From an uncultured Pseudobdellovibrionaceae bacterium (GTDB lineage Bacteria > Bdellovibrionota > Bdellovibrionia > Bdellovibrionales > JAGQZY01): a DNA stretch of 64,000 nt. The position numbers were made by a program, and so were the translations under genes. The notes under the pieces were generated by a model. That model saw nothing but the letters and a program-made list of their open reading frames with translations, was not told where the DNA came from and made no database searches. The stretch lies in assembly GCA_964400355.1 (NCBI GenBank), contig CAYNTO010000013.1:8041-72040 (forward strand), written 5' to 3'. Shown here in pieces: positions 10,088 through 19,714 of the stretch. Every line of letters begins with the position of its first letter. Position 1 is the first letter of the stretch.

Positions 10088-11296
10088 TCACCAGATTTTC
10101 CATCCAGTGTACGTCGGAGCTGAGACCGAATTGCCGCGTATGTGCTCGCGCGATGTGATCACCACACCCGTAGCATAAGGCGGATGGACTGAGACTATTT
10201 TAATAAAGCCATTACTCACATAGAATTCGATATTGTCCGTGAATTTGTTGTTCATCTTGAGCACATCGCCCACATTGACGTTTCCGTCATCCACGACTTT
10301 CAAGAAAATCGGATCCCCGGCGGACCATACTGTCTTTTGATCGCTAATCACCTTCACCGGCACCTCTATGGGTGCTGCGGATCCCACATTGGATGACACA
10401 GTGAGAGCCTCATAAGAAGATACGATGTCATTTTTTTCTATGGATTCAAACTGTTTTAGAACTTTACCCTCATAGAGATCATCATCGATTTTTCTCTGTA
10501 CTGCGACCGTAGCACGCACCATGACGGGATATCCGGAATCAATACGAGAAACATCATCTTTTAAAATGCTGTATGTGGCGCCGATTGCTAGATCCGCAGT
10601 GGCCTTGAGAATGATGATCGATCCTTCGGCCGTGATCACGCGGTATTGCCCCAAAGACTTCACGTAACCCACAGATTCCGCAGGGGTATCGAGGATGTCG
10701 TCAGTGAGGACAAACTCCGAACGATAGGTCATCGGCGGACGAGCAATAAAAGAGATGGGCGCCTCTTCGGTTTTTTCAGTGATTTCCGATTCGGCGAAAA
10801 AGTCGGGAATCAAAACCAAATCCCGGTCGGGCCCGCTGGTCATTTGCGGCGTTATGGACTCTGTCATCGAGGGCTCGTCGGCCTGAATCTGCCCGGGCGC
10901 CCCGCTCTTTTCGATATCAATTCCTGGAGGAGCGCTGAACGAGCCCGTGGTGAAGCGAATCACGTCTCCCACAAAAATCAGATGGGGATTAGTGATGCGT
11001 TTATTCACTGACCAAAGTTTGGACCAGTAATTACCGTCTCCAAAATACACCTTACTGATTCCCCACAGCGTATCGCCGCTCGCTACCGTATGCCGTTGAA
11101 CTTCGATGGTTTCCATAACCGCAAACCATTCGCTGTCCAAAACCGGAGTGCTGTAATGATTTTCGTAAATGTCGTGAAGACGTTTCTCTAGAGTTTTGTT
11201 GGCGTTGTTATCAACTTCCGCGTGGGAAATTGAAAAAGATAAAAGACCAAAAACTACTGAATTTAGAATCATGTTGCAAGATCTATTGAAGAACAT
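10088..11296 (-). CDS. secreted LysM-domain peptidoglycan-binding protein (TsaP-like)
   Basis: Signal peptide (MILNSVVFGLLSFSISHA). One LysM domain (HTVASGDTLWGISKVYFGDGNYWSKLWSVNKRITNPHLIFVGDVIRF). Long beta-rich C-terminal part. The gene lies adjacent to dprA, as reported for the type IV pilus secretin-associated protein TsaP. Confidence 0.7.
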   Translation of the reverse strand: MFFNRSCNMILNSVVFGLLSFSISHAEVDNNANKTLEKRLHDIYENHYSTPVLDSEWFAVMETIEVQRHTVASGDTLWGISKVYFGDGNYWSKLWSVNKRITNPHLIFVGDVIRFTTGSFSAPPGIDIEKSGAPGQIQADEPSMTESITPQMTSGPDRDLVLIPDFFAESEITEKTEEAPISFIARPPMTYRSEFVLTDDILDTPAESVGYVKSLGQYRVITAEGSIIILKATADLAIGATYSILKDDVSRIDSGYPVMVRATVAVQRKIDDDLYEGKVLKQFESIEKNDIVSSYEALTVSSNVGSAAPIEVPVKVISDQKTVWSAGDPIFLKVVDDGNVNVGDVLKMNNKFTDNIEFYVSNGFIKIVSVHPPYATGVVITSREHIRGNSVSAPTYTGWKIW

Positions 11297-11354
11297 TTTT
11301 CATCTCTACTTCTGCATTATTAGGTCGCACTATAAATTCTATGACGAATCCCTT

Positions 11355-11379
11355 TTCTTGCCATTAAAAATGGCAAGAA
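11355..11379. promoter_or_regulatory. 25-bp perfect palindrome upstream of the LysM gene (possible operator)
   Basis: TTCTTGCCATT-AAA-AATGGCAAGAA, about 60 bp upstream of the LysM gene start, inside a 385-bp AT-rich divergent spacer. No U-run follows on either strand. Confidence 0.3.
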
Positions 11380-11681
11380 CCCCTACCTAAAGCGAGAATT
11401 CTGCACTCATTTCAATCAATTATTGGGATATACAACACTTTTCCACACGAAATGTGGAATTGGTTTCAATCAATACCTTTAAAGCCTTGATAATATTGCG
11501 TTTAAGCGATTTGCTTAGTTGTTATTCAAGCGTAAGTATATGAATTAGATAAGCTATTTAGATTTTATGCGATTTTACAACATCACAATTTCATTTCTTA
11601 CATTGGCGCGCGGACAGAATTAAAATTGCTGCGCATAAATTAGAATTGAGCTTGATTCCCAGTTTGCAATGAACGCTGAAA

Positions 11682-12542
11682 ATGATTTGGTGGCTACTGC
11701 TGGTGTGTCTATGGCGAGTGATGGGGGTCGGCGAAACGAGCACTGCGGCAGTTACGAACCCACTCCACGTGTGGTGCCTGAGTTACCGTGAATGGCGAGA
11801 ACTCCCACAACTTTACAATGGACTTATCTGCGGCTCAAAAGATATTGGAACCCCTCTTACCACCCTCTTTCAATCGGTGGGCCTTTACCATGTTATGGTC
11901 GTCTCCGGCAGCCATCTCATTTTTATCGATCGCTATATCAATAGGTTTTTGGCACACGTTCCAGTTGCAAACAAAAATGTTTTTTACAAACTGATCACTC
12001 GCGGCACTGCGCTCTCGCTTTACTCTTACATGTGTTTACTCAACGCGCCCGTGCTTCGCGCCCTATTTGGTCTTTTATGTCAGCATCTATCATCGCGTTG
12101 GACTCTATCGTTGAAAAGCGATCAGCTCATTCTCGCAAGCGGTTTACTCACTCTTATTGTGTTTCCAGATTGGATCCTTTCCTTGTCCCTGCAGTTGTCT
12201 TGGGTCGCAGCACTCTGTATGTCACTCGCTGTATCGGGGCCAGTAAAGGCGTGTCTATGCCTCCTTTATATTGCTCCGTTGCTTGGCGCGCAGAGCCCCC
12301 TTTTTGCCATCAACAACATCCTGTTTTTAGTGGCATTCGACGTGCTCTATTTTCCCCTCACTGCACTCACTTTCCTGATACCGGGCAGTACGTGGATTGC
12401 GAACCTAAGCTGGTCCATCGCACTCGAGGCTCTTCGCCAGTTGCCGGCCACGCCCGTCAACGCCGTGGACTTTGGCGACGTGGCGAGTGGATGGCTGATC
12501 GTGTTCGCACTGCATTTAGTGCATTTTTGGATCCGTCGATGA
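11682..12542 (+). CDS. comEC: ComEC/Rec2 competence channel domain (membrane part only)
   Basis: 286-aa polytopic membrane protein with a ComEC competence-domain look (LFQSVGLYHVMVVSGSHLIF). It ends at a TGA that overlaps the ATG of the following MBL-domain ORF. Confidence 0.75.
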   Translation: MIWWLLLVCLWRVMGVGETSTAAVTNPLHVWCLSYREWRELPQLYNGLICGSKDIGTPLTTLFQSVGLYHVMVVSGSHLIFIDRYINRFLAHVPVANKNVFYKLITRGTALSLYSYMCLLNAPVLRALFGLLCQHLSSRWTLSLKSDQLILASGLLTLIVFPDWILSLSLQLSWVAALCMSLAVSGPVKACLCLLYIAPLLGAQSPLFAINNILFLVAFDVLYFPLTALTFLIPGSTWIANLSWSIALEALRQLPATPVNAVDFGDVASGWLIVFALHLVHFWIRR

Positions 12543-13246
12543 AAACAGTCCTGCTCTTTTTGGGCATCGCACTTTACGCTCATCCAATCTCCAGTGCCCA
12601 GCCTTCGCTACTGATCGTATGGAATGTGGGGCAAGGATCCTGGACAACAGTTGTCGATAAAACGAAATGTTGGCATTTTGACATGGGCGGCGAGTTCTCG
12701 GCACAGCAGCAACAATTGCTTGGCCTGTGTCAACGCAAGGTGAATGTCCTTGCTCTCACACATTTAGATCGCGACCACACAAGTTTTATTCGCAAATACA
12801 CCCATTCTTTGCAGCTGTGCCTGTTTTTCAAAAAAACGTTTTCACTTCCTAAGAAGTGGAAGTCACTGGCTGATTGCCGGGAGCCCACCGAGCCTTTACG
12901 AGTTCTTTATTCGTCTAAATTTAAATTTAAAAATGAATCGCACATGTACCTATGGAAAAAATTGCTTCTCGTCACGGGTGATAGCTACAAAACCGCCGAG
13001 ATCCAGTTGAGCAAAAATCATTTGCTCCAATTTCCTAAGTTTTTCTTGGTGGGTCATCACGGCAGTAAAACCAGCTCCCACCCCTTGTTTATATCTCAAC
13101 TAAAAAGTATCAGCCAGGCTATCGTGAGCGCTCGACGCCACAAGTACGGGCACCCCCATTTTACTACCCGAACTACGTTTCGACGTTATCGTGTACCGCT
13201 TATTGAAACACAAAATTTTGGAACTTTGATTTACGAGCTCAACTGA
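12539..13246 (+). CDS. ComEC C-terminal metallo-beta-lactamase domain, encoded as a separate ORF
   Basis: From ATG 12539: MKTVLLFLGIALYAHPISSA (TM or signal), then VWNVGQGSW, LTHLDRDH and VGHHGSKTSS, the ComEC-type MBL motifs. The part of track ORF 12032..13246 upstream of 12539 overlaps comEC out of frame and looks non-coding. Confidence 0.8.
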   Translation: MKTVLLFLGIALYAHPISSAQPSLLIVWNVGQGSWTTVVDKTKCWHFDMGGEFSAQQQQLLGLCQRKVNVLALTHLDRDHTSFIRKYTHSLQLCLFFKKTFSLPKKWKSLADCREPTEPLRVLYSSKFKFKNESHMYLWKKLLLVTGDSYKTAEIQLSKNHLLQFPKFFLVGHHGSKTSSHPLFISQLKSISQAIVSARRHKYGHPHFTTRTTFRRYRVPLIETQNFGTLIYELN

Positions 13247-13255
13247 TCTCAAAAT

Positions 13256-13286
13256 AAAAGGGCCAACTCCTGTTGGCCCTTTATTT
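13256..13286. terminator. bidirectional intrinsic terminator (comEC-MBL / ald)
   Basis: AAAA-GGGCCAAC-tcct-GTTGGCCC-TTTATTT, lying between convergent genes. Confidence 0.75.
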
Positions 13287-13309
13287 ATAAACTGTTAACT
13301 CTGACTCCA

Positions 13310-14419
13310 CTATTTAATTTTGAGTGGCTTGTACGGGAGATTGAGATCCGTTGCAACCGGTTCATAAACCACGTCACCGCCGTACACGTTTACACCTTTG
13401 TACAATGGAGCACTTTTCGCAATCGCATCTTCGAGGCCCATTTGCGCAATCATGGACGCATACTTAAATGTGGCATTGTTGAGAGCATACGTCGATGTGC
13501 GCGCTACAACGCCAGGCATGTTTGGAACGCAGTAGTGAATCACGCCATCTACCTCGTATGTTGGGTTGACGTGGCTGGTAGGCTTGCATGTTTCGATACA
13601 ACCACCTTGATCCACAGCTACGTCCACGATCACGCTTCCCGGTTGCATGCGCCCTACCATTTCACGAGTTACAAGACGAGGGGCCTTACGGCCGGGAATA
13701 AGAACTGCACCCACAACGAGATCAGACCTCACCACAGCATCTTCGATATTTTGAAGATTGGAGTACATTGTAGTCACGCGACCCTGGAAAATATCATCCA
13801 AATAAGCCAAGCGCGCGTGGTTCACATCGAGGATGGTCACTTCTGCGCCGAGGCCCACAGCCATTTTTGCGGAGTTGATACCGACCACACCGCCACCAAT
13901 CACCGTCACTTTACCGCGTGCCACGCCCGTAACACCACCGAGGAGAATGCCTTTACCGCCTTTGTCTTTTTGCAGGTAATAAGCGCCCACCTGAGTGGCC
14001 ATGCGTCCAGCGACTTCACTCATCGGGGTGAGCAATGGGAGCTGACCGGATTCATCCTGAATGGTTTCGTAGGCCACAGACTTCACTTCGCGCTCGGCGA
14101 GAACTTTGGTGAGTTCGGGCTCTGCGGCCAAATGCAAATACGTGTACAGTATTTGGTCTTTCTTCATCAATTTGTATTCCGGTGGAAGTGGCTCTTTCAC
14201 CTTAATGATCATTTCAGCGGTATCGTAGATTTCTTCCGCCGTATCGAGAAGTTGAGCGCCGGCGCGGATGTAATCTTCGTTTTTGATCATCGAACCGATA
14301 CCGGCATCCTTTTGCACAAATAGTTTATGGCCTTCTGCCACCAATTGTTTAACATTGGCTTCGGTTAGACCCACACGGTTTTCGCTAATTTTGATTTCTT
14401 TGGGTACCCCAATAATCAT
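13310..14419 (-). CDS. ald: alanine dehydrogenase
   Basis: [20 protein letters not shown]-terminus and NAD-binding [17 protein letters not shown] 14419, with a GAGAGG RBS, is preferred over the track start at 14500. Confidence 0.93.
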   Translation of the reverse strand: MIIGVPKEIKISENRVGLTEANVKQLVAEGHKLFVQKDAGIGSMIKNEDYIRAGAQLLDTAEEIYDTAEMIIKVKEPLPPEYKLMKKDQILYTYLHLAAEPELTKVLAEREVKSVAYETIQDESGQLPLLTPMSEVAGRMATQVGAYYLQKDKGGKGILLGGVTGVARGKVTVIGGGVVGINSAKMAVGLGAEVTILDVNHARLAYLDDIFQGRVTTMYSNLQNIEDAVVRSDLVVGAVLIPGRKAPRLVTREMVGRMQPGSVIVDVAVDQGGCIETCKPTSHVNPTYEVDGVIHYCVPNMPGVVARTSTYALNNATFKYASMIAQMGLEDAIAKSAPLYKGVNVYGGDVVYEPVATDLNLPYKPLKIK

Positions 14420-14711
14420 ATCAACCTCTCTCGAATGCGAGCCGCAAAGGCCCTGGAATATGTTTGACGCAGAATTACGATAGGAAGGGGATTTGGTCAA
14501 TAAAAGAGTCGTTCCTCGTCGTGAAGGAGTCTATGACTCACCCCTGCCCGATGTCTGTAGTAATTGTACTGTGACATCGACGCGGGCACTGAATTCTTTA
14601 TCAGCATGGCGGAGGAGATGAGCGGCTCATCTCCCTTAGATTAGCCCTGTTTTTAGACATACATCCCTACGGTCCATTGACACCCTAAAGACACAACCAG
14701 TAAAAAAGGGA

Positions 14712-15137
14712 ATGATTAGATCGCGACTCCTACTCGTAATTTTCGTAATTTGCAGCACGTCGACAGTATTTTCCGGCTGTGCCACCGAGGCCAAGTATAA
14801 AGCGAATCTCGATGCCTGGAACGGGCAAAGTGCACAAAACCTGATTCGGGTGTTTGGAAAGCCGGATGATACGAAAGACACGCCTGATGGAAGCTCACAG
14901 CTCATATACACGCGTGATGCCTTTCAGGAATCTATGAGAACTACTGATTATCAGAACCTCATGGAACAGCATGAGCAGATGCGGGCAAGCGATAACAACG
15001 TACCTATCAGCACACTGGGGACGGCTGTTCCTACAAGGCAGTCCGCCCATTTCTTTTGCAAAACAACATTCGACGTGGATAAAAGCGGAAACATCATTCG
15101 CTCTACGTTTTACGGCAACAACTGCACATCACGCTAA
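14712..15137 (+). CDS. small lipoprotein, unknown function
   Basis: Signal peptide with a lipobox (VICSTSTVFSGC). Confidence 0.55.
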   Translation: MIRSRLLLVIFVICSTSTVFSGCATEAKYKANLDAWNGQSAQNLIRVFGKPDDTKDTPDGSSQLIYTRDAFQESMRTTDYQNLMEQHEQMRASDNNVPISTLGTAVPTRQSAHFFCKTTFDVDKSGNIIRSTFYGNNCTSR

Positions 15138-15174
15138 TCTCACACTTTCAATTTGTGAGGCAGAATGCCTCTTC

Positions 15175-16074
15175 TTAAGCAAAAGGAATTTGAAATTGAG
15201 GCACTTGTGGGAACTCTTTCCCTAGATCGACGAGTTTGGTTTTTTCTGGTGAGGACAGAATGGCTTTATTGAGCTGATTCATTAAATCATGGCCGGCTTT
15301 AAACAGCACAACGTGACCCAACAGCGGCCGCCCCAGTGTGACCAAATCGCCAATAGCGTCGAGCACCTTGTGACGGACGAACTCATCTGGAAATCGCAAG
15401 CCACTCGGATTCATCACCGTGTCGTCGTCGAGCACGATGGCGTTGTCGAGGGTTCCGCCGCGGGCCAAACCACGGCTGCGCAAAGCTTCCACATCGCGCA
15501 AAAAACCGAAGGTGCGGGCGGGAGCTATGTCTTTCTCGAAATTGGCGACGTTCACGTCGATATCATATTTTTGCTGGCCTATACTGGGATGGGGAAAATC
15601 GATGGTGCAGGTGACGCGCAGGCCATTGTAGGGCACCACGTACGCATGCTTCTCAGAGTTACCAACAAATATAGGTTGGTTCACAAAAATGTATTTGCGA
15701 GGCATGTCCTGCTCGACCACGCCTGCTTTTAATAGCTCTTTTAAAAAGGTCAGCGCGCTGCCGTCGGCGATGGGTATCTCAGGGCCGCTCAATTCAATGT
15801 ACAAGTTATCGATGCGCAATGCAGTGATCGACGACAAACAGTGTTCCACTGTCGACACTGCAAAATGTTCGTTGCCGAGGGTGGTTGCGTAGGAGGTGGC
15901 ACTTACAAAATTGGCGAGCACCGACAACGACGGACACCCTGGTAAATCTCGACGCACAAAATACACGCCAGTATCTGGTGGCGCTGGACAAAAGGAAATG
16001 CTCGCTTCTGCACCCGTGTGGAGACCCACGCCGGTGATTGTGACTTTCTTACGGATAGTTTGCTGTAAAAACAT
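15175..16074 (-). CDS. lpxC: UDP-3-O-acyl-N-acetylglucosamine deacetylase
   Basis: QQTIRKKVTITGVGLHTGAEASISF N-terminus and HKVLDAIGDL motif. Confidence 0.95.
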   Translation of the reverse strand: MFLQQTIRKKVTITGVGLHTGAEASISFCPAPPDTGVYFVRRDLPGCPSLSVLANFVSATSYATTLGNEHFAVSTVEHCLSSITALRIDNLYIELSGPEIPIADGSALTFLKELLKAGVVEQDMPRKYIFVNQPIFVGNSEKHAYVVPYNGLRVTCTIDFPHPSIGQQKYDIDVNVANFEKDIAPARTFGFLRDVEALRSRGLARGGTLDNAIVLDDDTVMNPSGLRFPDEFVRHKVLDAIGDLVTLGRPLLGHVVLFKAGHDLMNQLNKAILSSPEKTKLVDLGKEFPQVPQFQIPFA

Positions 16075-16080
16075 TTTTAC

Positions 16081-17091
16081 TCAACCGTTCATTTCTACGC
16101 TGGTAAAATGCTGTTTGGCCAATTCGGTCGCCATACGCCCGCGCGGCGTTTTTAAAAGTAAACCTTCTTGAATCAAAAAGGGTTCGTACACTTCCTCGAT
16201 GGTGCCTTTGTCCTCGGACAAAGCGGCCGAAAGAGTTTCCAGACCCACCGGATTGTTCTGAAACTTGTTAATCAGCACATCGAGGATCTTGCGATCCATT
16301 TCGTCGAGGCCCATGTTGTCCACTTCCATTTTGTTCAACGCTTTTGCGGCCAGCTCCACATCAATCAGACCATTGTTCATGATCTGCGCGAAATCGCGAA
16401 CACGCCGCAAAAGCCTGTTCGCGATACGTGGCGTGCCTCGACTGCGCTTGGCGATCTCCATAGCGCCCTGAGGCGCCAACTCGACGCCGAGAACCTCCGC
16501 CGAGCGCGTGAGAATTTTAACAAGTTGTTCGCGATCATAAAAATTCAATCGCTCGACAATTCCAAACCGATCGCGAAACGGCGCATTCAGTAAACCGGCG
16601 CGCGTCGTGGCTCCAATCAACGTGAAGGGTGCAAGTTTAAATTTCATGGTGCGCGCACCAAGCCCATCGCCGGTAATAATGTCCACGTAGTAATCTTCCA
16701 TGGCACTGTACAAGTACTCCTCGATCGTTCTGTGCAAGCGATGAATCTCGTCGATAAAGAGAACCGAATTGGGTTGAAGACTCGTAAGGATCGCCGCTAA
16801 ATCGCCTTTTTTATCGAGAGCAGGACCACTGGTGGATTTGAGGTCCACGCCCAGTTCGGTGGCGATCAGATGAGCCAACGTGGTTTTACCTAAACCAGGA
16901 GGACCACTAAACAGAGCGTGGTCCATGGGCTCAGAGCGATTCTTAGCAGCCTGAATGTATATTTTTAATTTTTCGACAATATTTTTTTGACCAGGAAACT
17001 CCGAAAATGAACTCGGCCGTAAACGATTTTCCCAAAAATTATCACCATCGCTGACTTCGCCAGATAGGATTTCTCTTTCGTTGCCTATCAT
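16081..17091 (-). CDS. ruvB: Holliday junction helicase RuvB
   Basis: Walker A GPPGLGKTTLA. RuvB-specific LRPSSFSEFPGQ and TTRAGLL motifs. Confidence 0.97.
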   Translation of the reverse strand: MIGNEREILSGEVSDGDNFWENRLRPSSFSEFPGQKNIVEKLKIYIQAAKNRSEPMDHALFSGPPGLGKTTLAHLIATELGVDLKSTSGPALDKKGDLAAILTSLQPNSVLFIDEIHRLHRTIEEYLYSAMEDYYVDIITGDGLGARTMKFKLAPFTLIGATTRAGLLNAPFRDRFGIVERLNFYDREQLVKILTRSAEVLGVELAPQGAMEIAKRSRGTPRIANRLLRRVRDFAQIMNNGLIDVELAAKALNKMEVDNMGLDEMDRKILDVLINKFQNNPVGLETLSAALSEDKGTIEEVYEPFLIQEGLLLKTPRGRMATELAKQHFTSVEMNG

Positions 17092-17654
17092 TAGCGACCT
17101 CCCAGAAGTGATAAAGCGTGGCGCAACTGATCCTCAAACGGAAGTTCCTGTTCCACCGTGTTGAGAACTTTATCGATGTCCGCAGGTTTAAATCCCAAAT
17201 GCGTGAGCGCCGATTGTAGTTCAGTTTTTGTGGATGTGGCAGCCGATGGCGCGTCGAGGACGAGCTTTCCGCGCAATGACAATATCATTTGCTCCGCGGT
17301 TTTCTTGCCGACTTTTGGAAGCTGGCACAAACCTTTGATGTCTTCACTCTCGATAAGGTTGATGATTTGATCGAGGGTCGCACCGGAAAGAATTTGAATG
17401 GCGAGCTTGGGACCGATTCCATTGACTTTAATTAAACTTTCGAACAAATGCTTTTCCACTTTTGAGGAAAAACCAAACAAACTAAAAGCATCCTCGCGCA
17501 CATGGGTGTGAACCCAGACCGCGGAGTCGGCTCCGATGTTCATGTCCTCTAGAGTATTTTTAGAAGCGGTCACATCGTAGCCCACACCCTGAACATCTAA
17601 AATCAGCGCGTTGTCTTGAATTTCAAAAACCTTGCCTCTTAAATAGGCTATCAT
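17091..17654 (-). CDS. ruvA: Holliday junction DNA-binding protein RuvA
   Basis: MIAYLRGKV...VGYDV and HhH motif region (VNGIGPKLA). Lies between ruvC and ruvB. Confidence 0.93.
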   Translation of the reverse strand: MIAYLRGKVFEIQDNALILDVQGVGYDVTASKNTLEDMNIGADSAVWVHTHVREDAFSLFGFSSKVEKHLFESLIKVNGIGPKLAIQILSGATLDQIINLIESEDIKGLCQLPKVGKKTAEQMILSLRGKLVLDAPSAATSTKTELQSALTHLGFKPADIDKVLNTVEQELPFEDQLRHALSLLGGR

Positions 17655-18166
17655 AAATCGATCCCCGTTCCTTGAAAACGCCGCACAAGATCCATACGCA
17701 TACTATGATAAAACGCCAATGCCAATGCATCCGATGCGTCCATGTCCTTGGTGCCTACTTTTGCAGCGCTAATACCCAGCTGCGAATATAACAACATTTG
17801 AACTTGCTCTTTACTGGCAGCACCAGAACCAGTAATACCCTGCTTTACTGTGCGCGGCGTGTATTCATGAACCTCAGCGCCCACGCTCACGGCCTCGTTC
17901 ATACAAATACCTCGGATGTGCCCGAGCTTAAAGGCGCTATCCACATTTTTGCCAAGAAAGATTTTTTCGATCACACAGGCGTGCGGCTTCCACTGCCGAA
18001 TGAGTGGTGCTACCTGTTCGGCCATGGAAAAGAGCCGCTTGGAAAATGTATCGTGCTTACCACAGCGGAGAACTCCACCAGCCAAAAAACGCACCCCTTT
18101 GGCGTTTTTCTCTAAAACGCCGTAACCGAGAACTTGGGTGCCAGGATCGATGCCGATGATGACCAT
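17651..18166 (-). CDS. ruvC: Holliday junction resolvase RuvC
   Basis: MVIIGIDPG catalytic N-terminus. ATG 18166, with a GGAGGA RBS, is preferred over 18226. Confidence 0.93.
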   Translation of the reverse strand: MVIIGIDPGTQVLGYGVLEKNAKGVRFLAGGVLRCGKHDTFSKRLFSMAEQVAPLIRQWKPHACVIEKIFLGKNVDSAFKLGHIRGICMNEAVSVGAEVHEYTPRTVKQGITGSGAASKEQVQMLLYSQLGISAAKVGTKDMDASDALALAFYHSMRMDLVRRFQGTGIDL

Positions 18167-18323
18167 TTGAGTGAATTCCTCCAAAAGATGCGGCCACAGG
18201 CCGTTTGCGTTCACTTTTGAACACAAATTAGATTATCAAAGTTGAGATTGGCTTTACAAGAAAAAGCATGTCTTCGCTGACAAATAGGTTTTGCGAATTC
18301 AGAATGTCATGTAATCTGTAGTC

Positions 18324-19046
18324 ATGTACTCCGATAAAACCATCGAAGAATACCAGCTGCTACTGATGCGCACCCCCTCGTCGCGCGTCTTTGCGCCACT
18401 TGCGGAATCGTATCGGAAAATGGGATTGCTGCAGCAAGCTCTCGAAATTTGTGAAAAAGGAGTCAAATTTAATCCCGACTACCCGGCAGGCCTTGTGGCT
18501 TACGGGAAAGTGTTGTTCGAGGTGAATCGTTTTGACGAAGCCGCACAAATTTTTGGCAGAGCCGCGCATTTGCAGAGCGACAGCATCCTCGCTCACAAAT
18601 TAAAAGCGCTCAGTTTAGCCAAACTTGGAAAACATCGCGAGGCATTGCAGTCCTACAAGCATGTGCTTTTCTTAAGCCCCACCGATGCTCAAGCTAAAAA
18701 ATATGTCGAAAACTGGGAGTACCTGGAGTCCACCGATTACCAAGCGAGCACTTTCGAGGTGGATGGCCAGGAAAAAGATCTCATCTCCGATTCCGATCCC
18801 ATTCACGTCTCTCATTTTGTCGATGCGCTGATTGTCCGCAATGAAATAGCACGGGCCAAATCAATTGTGGAAACGGCTTTGTGTATCTGGAACAATGACC
18901 CATTTTTGGAAAAACAATTGGCCGTGATCAATGAATTTGCCAACGATGAACGCCGCGAGAAAAACAGCAAAGCGCTTCGCCAAGTGACAGTCAAAAAAGA
19001 CCTTTTGATGAACTTGCTTCAACGCATTGAATCCTTGCGTTCCTAA
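18324..19046 (+). CDS. TPR-repeat protein
   Basis: Repeated TPR-like helices (LAESYRKMGLLQQALEICEKGVKFNPDYPAG...). Confidence 0.65.
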   Translation: MYSDKTIEEYQLLLMRTPSSRVFAPLAESYRKMGLLQQALEICEKGVKFNPDYPAGLVAYGKVLFEVNRFDEAAQIFGRAAHLQSDSILAHKLKALSLAKLGKHREALQSYKHVLFLSPTDAQAKKYVENWEYLESTDYQASTFEVDGQEKDLISDSDPIHVSHFVDALIVRNEIARAKSIVETALCIWNNDPFLEKQLAVINEFANDERREKNSKALRQVTVKKDLLMNLLQRIESLRS

Positions 19047-19150
19047 TTCTGGCGCCACTTTCCAGACACAGCCTTTTTTTAATGAATTTCCCTTGACCAA
19101 ATAACCCCAGACTCTTTTAATGGCCTGAAATTCTTCGAAAAAGGTGAACT

Positions 19151-19714
19151 ATGTACAGCACAGCTGATTTTAAAAAAGGTTTAAAAATATTAATCGATGG
19201 CCAGCCGTTTTCGGTTGTAGATTTCCAGCACGTCAAACCAGGTAAAGGGAATCAGTTCACCCGCACCAAACTCAAAAACATGATCACTGGCACAAATCTG
19301 GAAAAGACCTACAAGTCTGGGGAAAAGTTCGAAGTTCCCGATGTGATGACACGCGATTGCACCTATCTTTACAAAGACGATACTGGCTACACATTCATGG
19401 ATAAAGAAAACTATGAACAGTACATTATGACTGCCGATGAAGCTGGCGATGCTGTTAATTATCTCACCGAGAATCTTGAAGTGACCATTTTGTTTTTCAA
19501 TTCCCGCGCCATCGGTGTGGATGTTCCAACTTCGGTCTATCTCCATGTGACACAAACCGACCCGGGCCACAAAGGCAACACGGTCACCGGCGGATCAAAG
19601 CCGGCAACCTTGGAAACAGGTCTCACGGTGAACGTCCCGCTGCATGTTGTAGAAGGCGATCGCCTAAAGATCGACTCGCGCACGGGAGAATACGTCGAAC
19701 GCGCCAACAAATAA
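19151..19714 (+). CDS. efp: elongation factor P
   Basis: Full-length EF-P with the KPGKGNQFTRTKLKN loop. Confidence 0.96.
   Translation: MYSTADFKKGLKILIDGQPFSVVDFQHVKPGKGNQFTRTKLKNMITGTNLEKTYKSGEKFEVPDVMTRDCTYLYKDDTGYTFMDKENYEQYIMTADEAGDAVNYLTENLEVTILFFNSRAIGVDVPTSVYLHVTQTDPGHKGNTVTGGSKPATLETGLTVNVPLHVVEGDRLKIDSRTGEYVERANK

Noticed and set aside
12032-12538. N-terminal 169 codons of the 404-aa ORF
   Set aside because: This part overlaps the comEC channel domain out of frame and has an Arg/Ser/Cys-rich, non-protein-like composition. The real coding part starts at ATG 12539.
13442-14323. 293-aa plus-strand ORF
   Set aside because: It is entirely antisense to alanine dehydrogenase, which has clear family motifs. 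The antisense translation is rich in His, Cys and Phe and has no motifs. This is a typical shadow ORF.
14420-14711. Possible riboswitch or leader upstream of ald, including the hairpin GGAGATGAG-ccg-CTCATCTCC at about 14612-14632
   Set aside because: I could not find glycine-riboswitch or other riboswitch consensus elements on the minus strand. The hairpin has no U-run. The evidence is insufficient.
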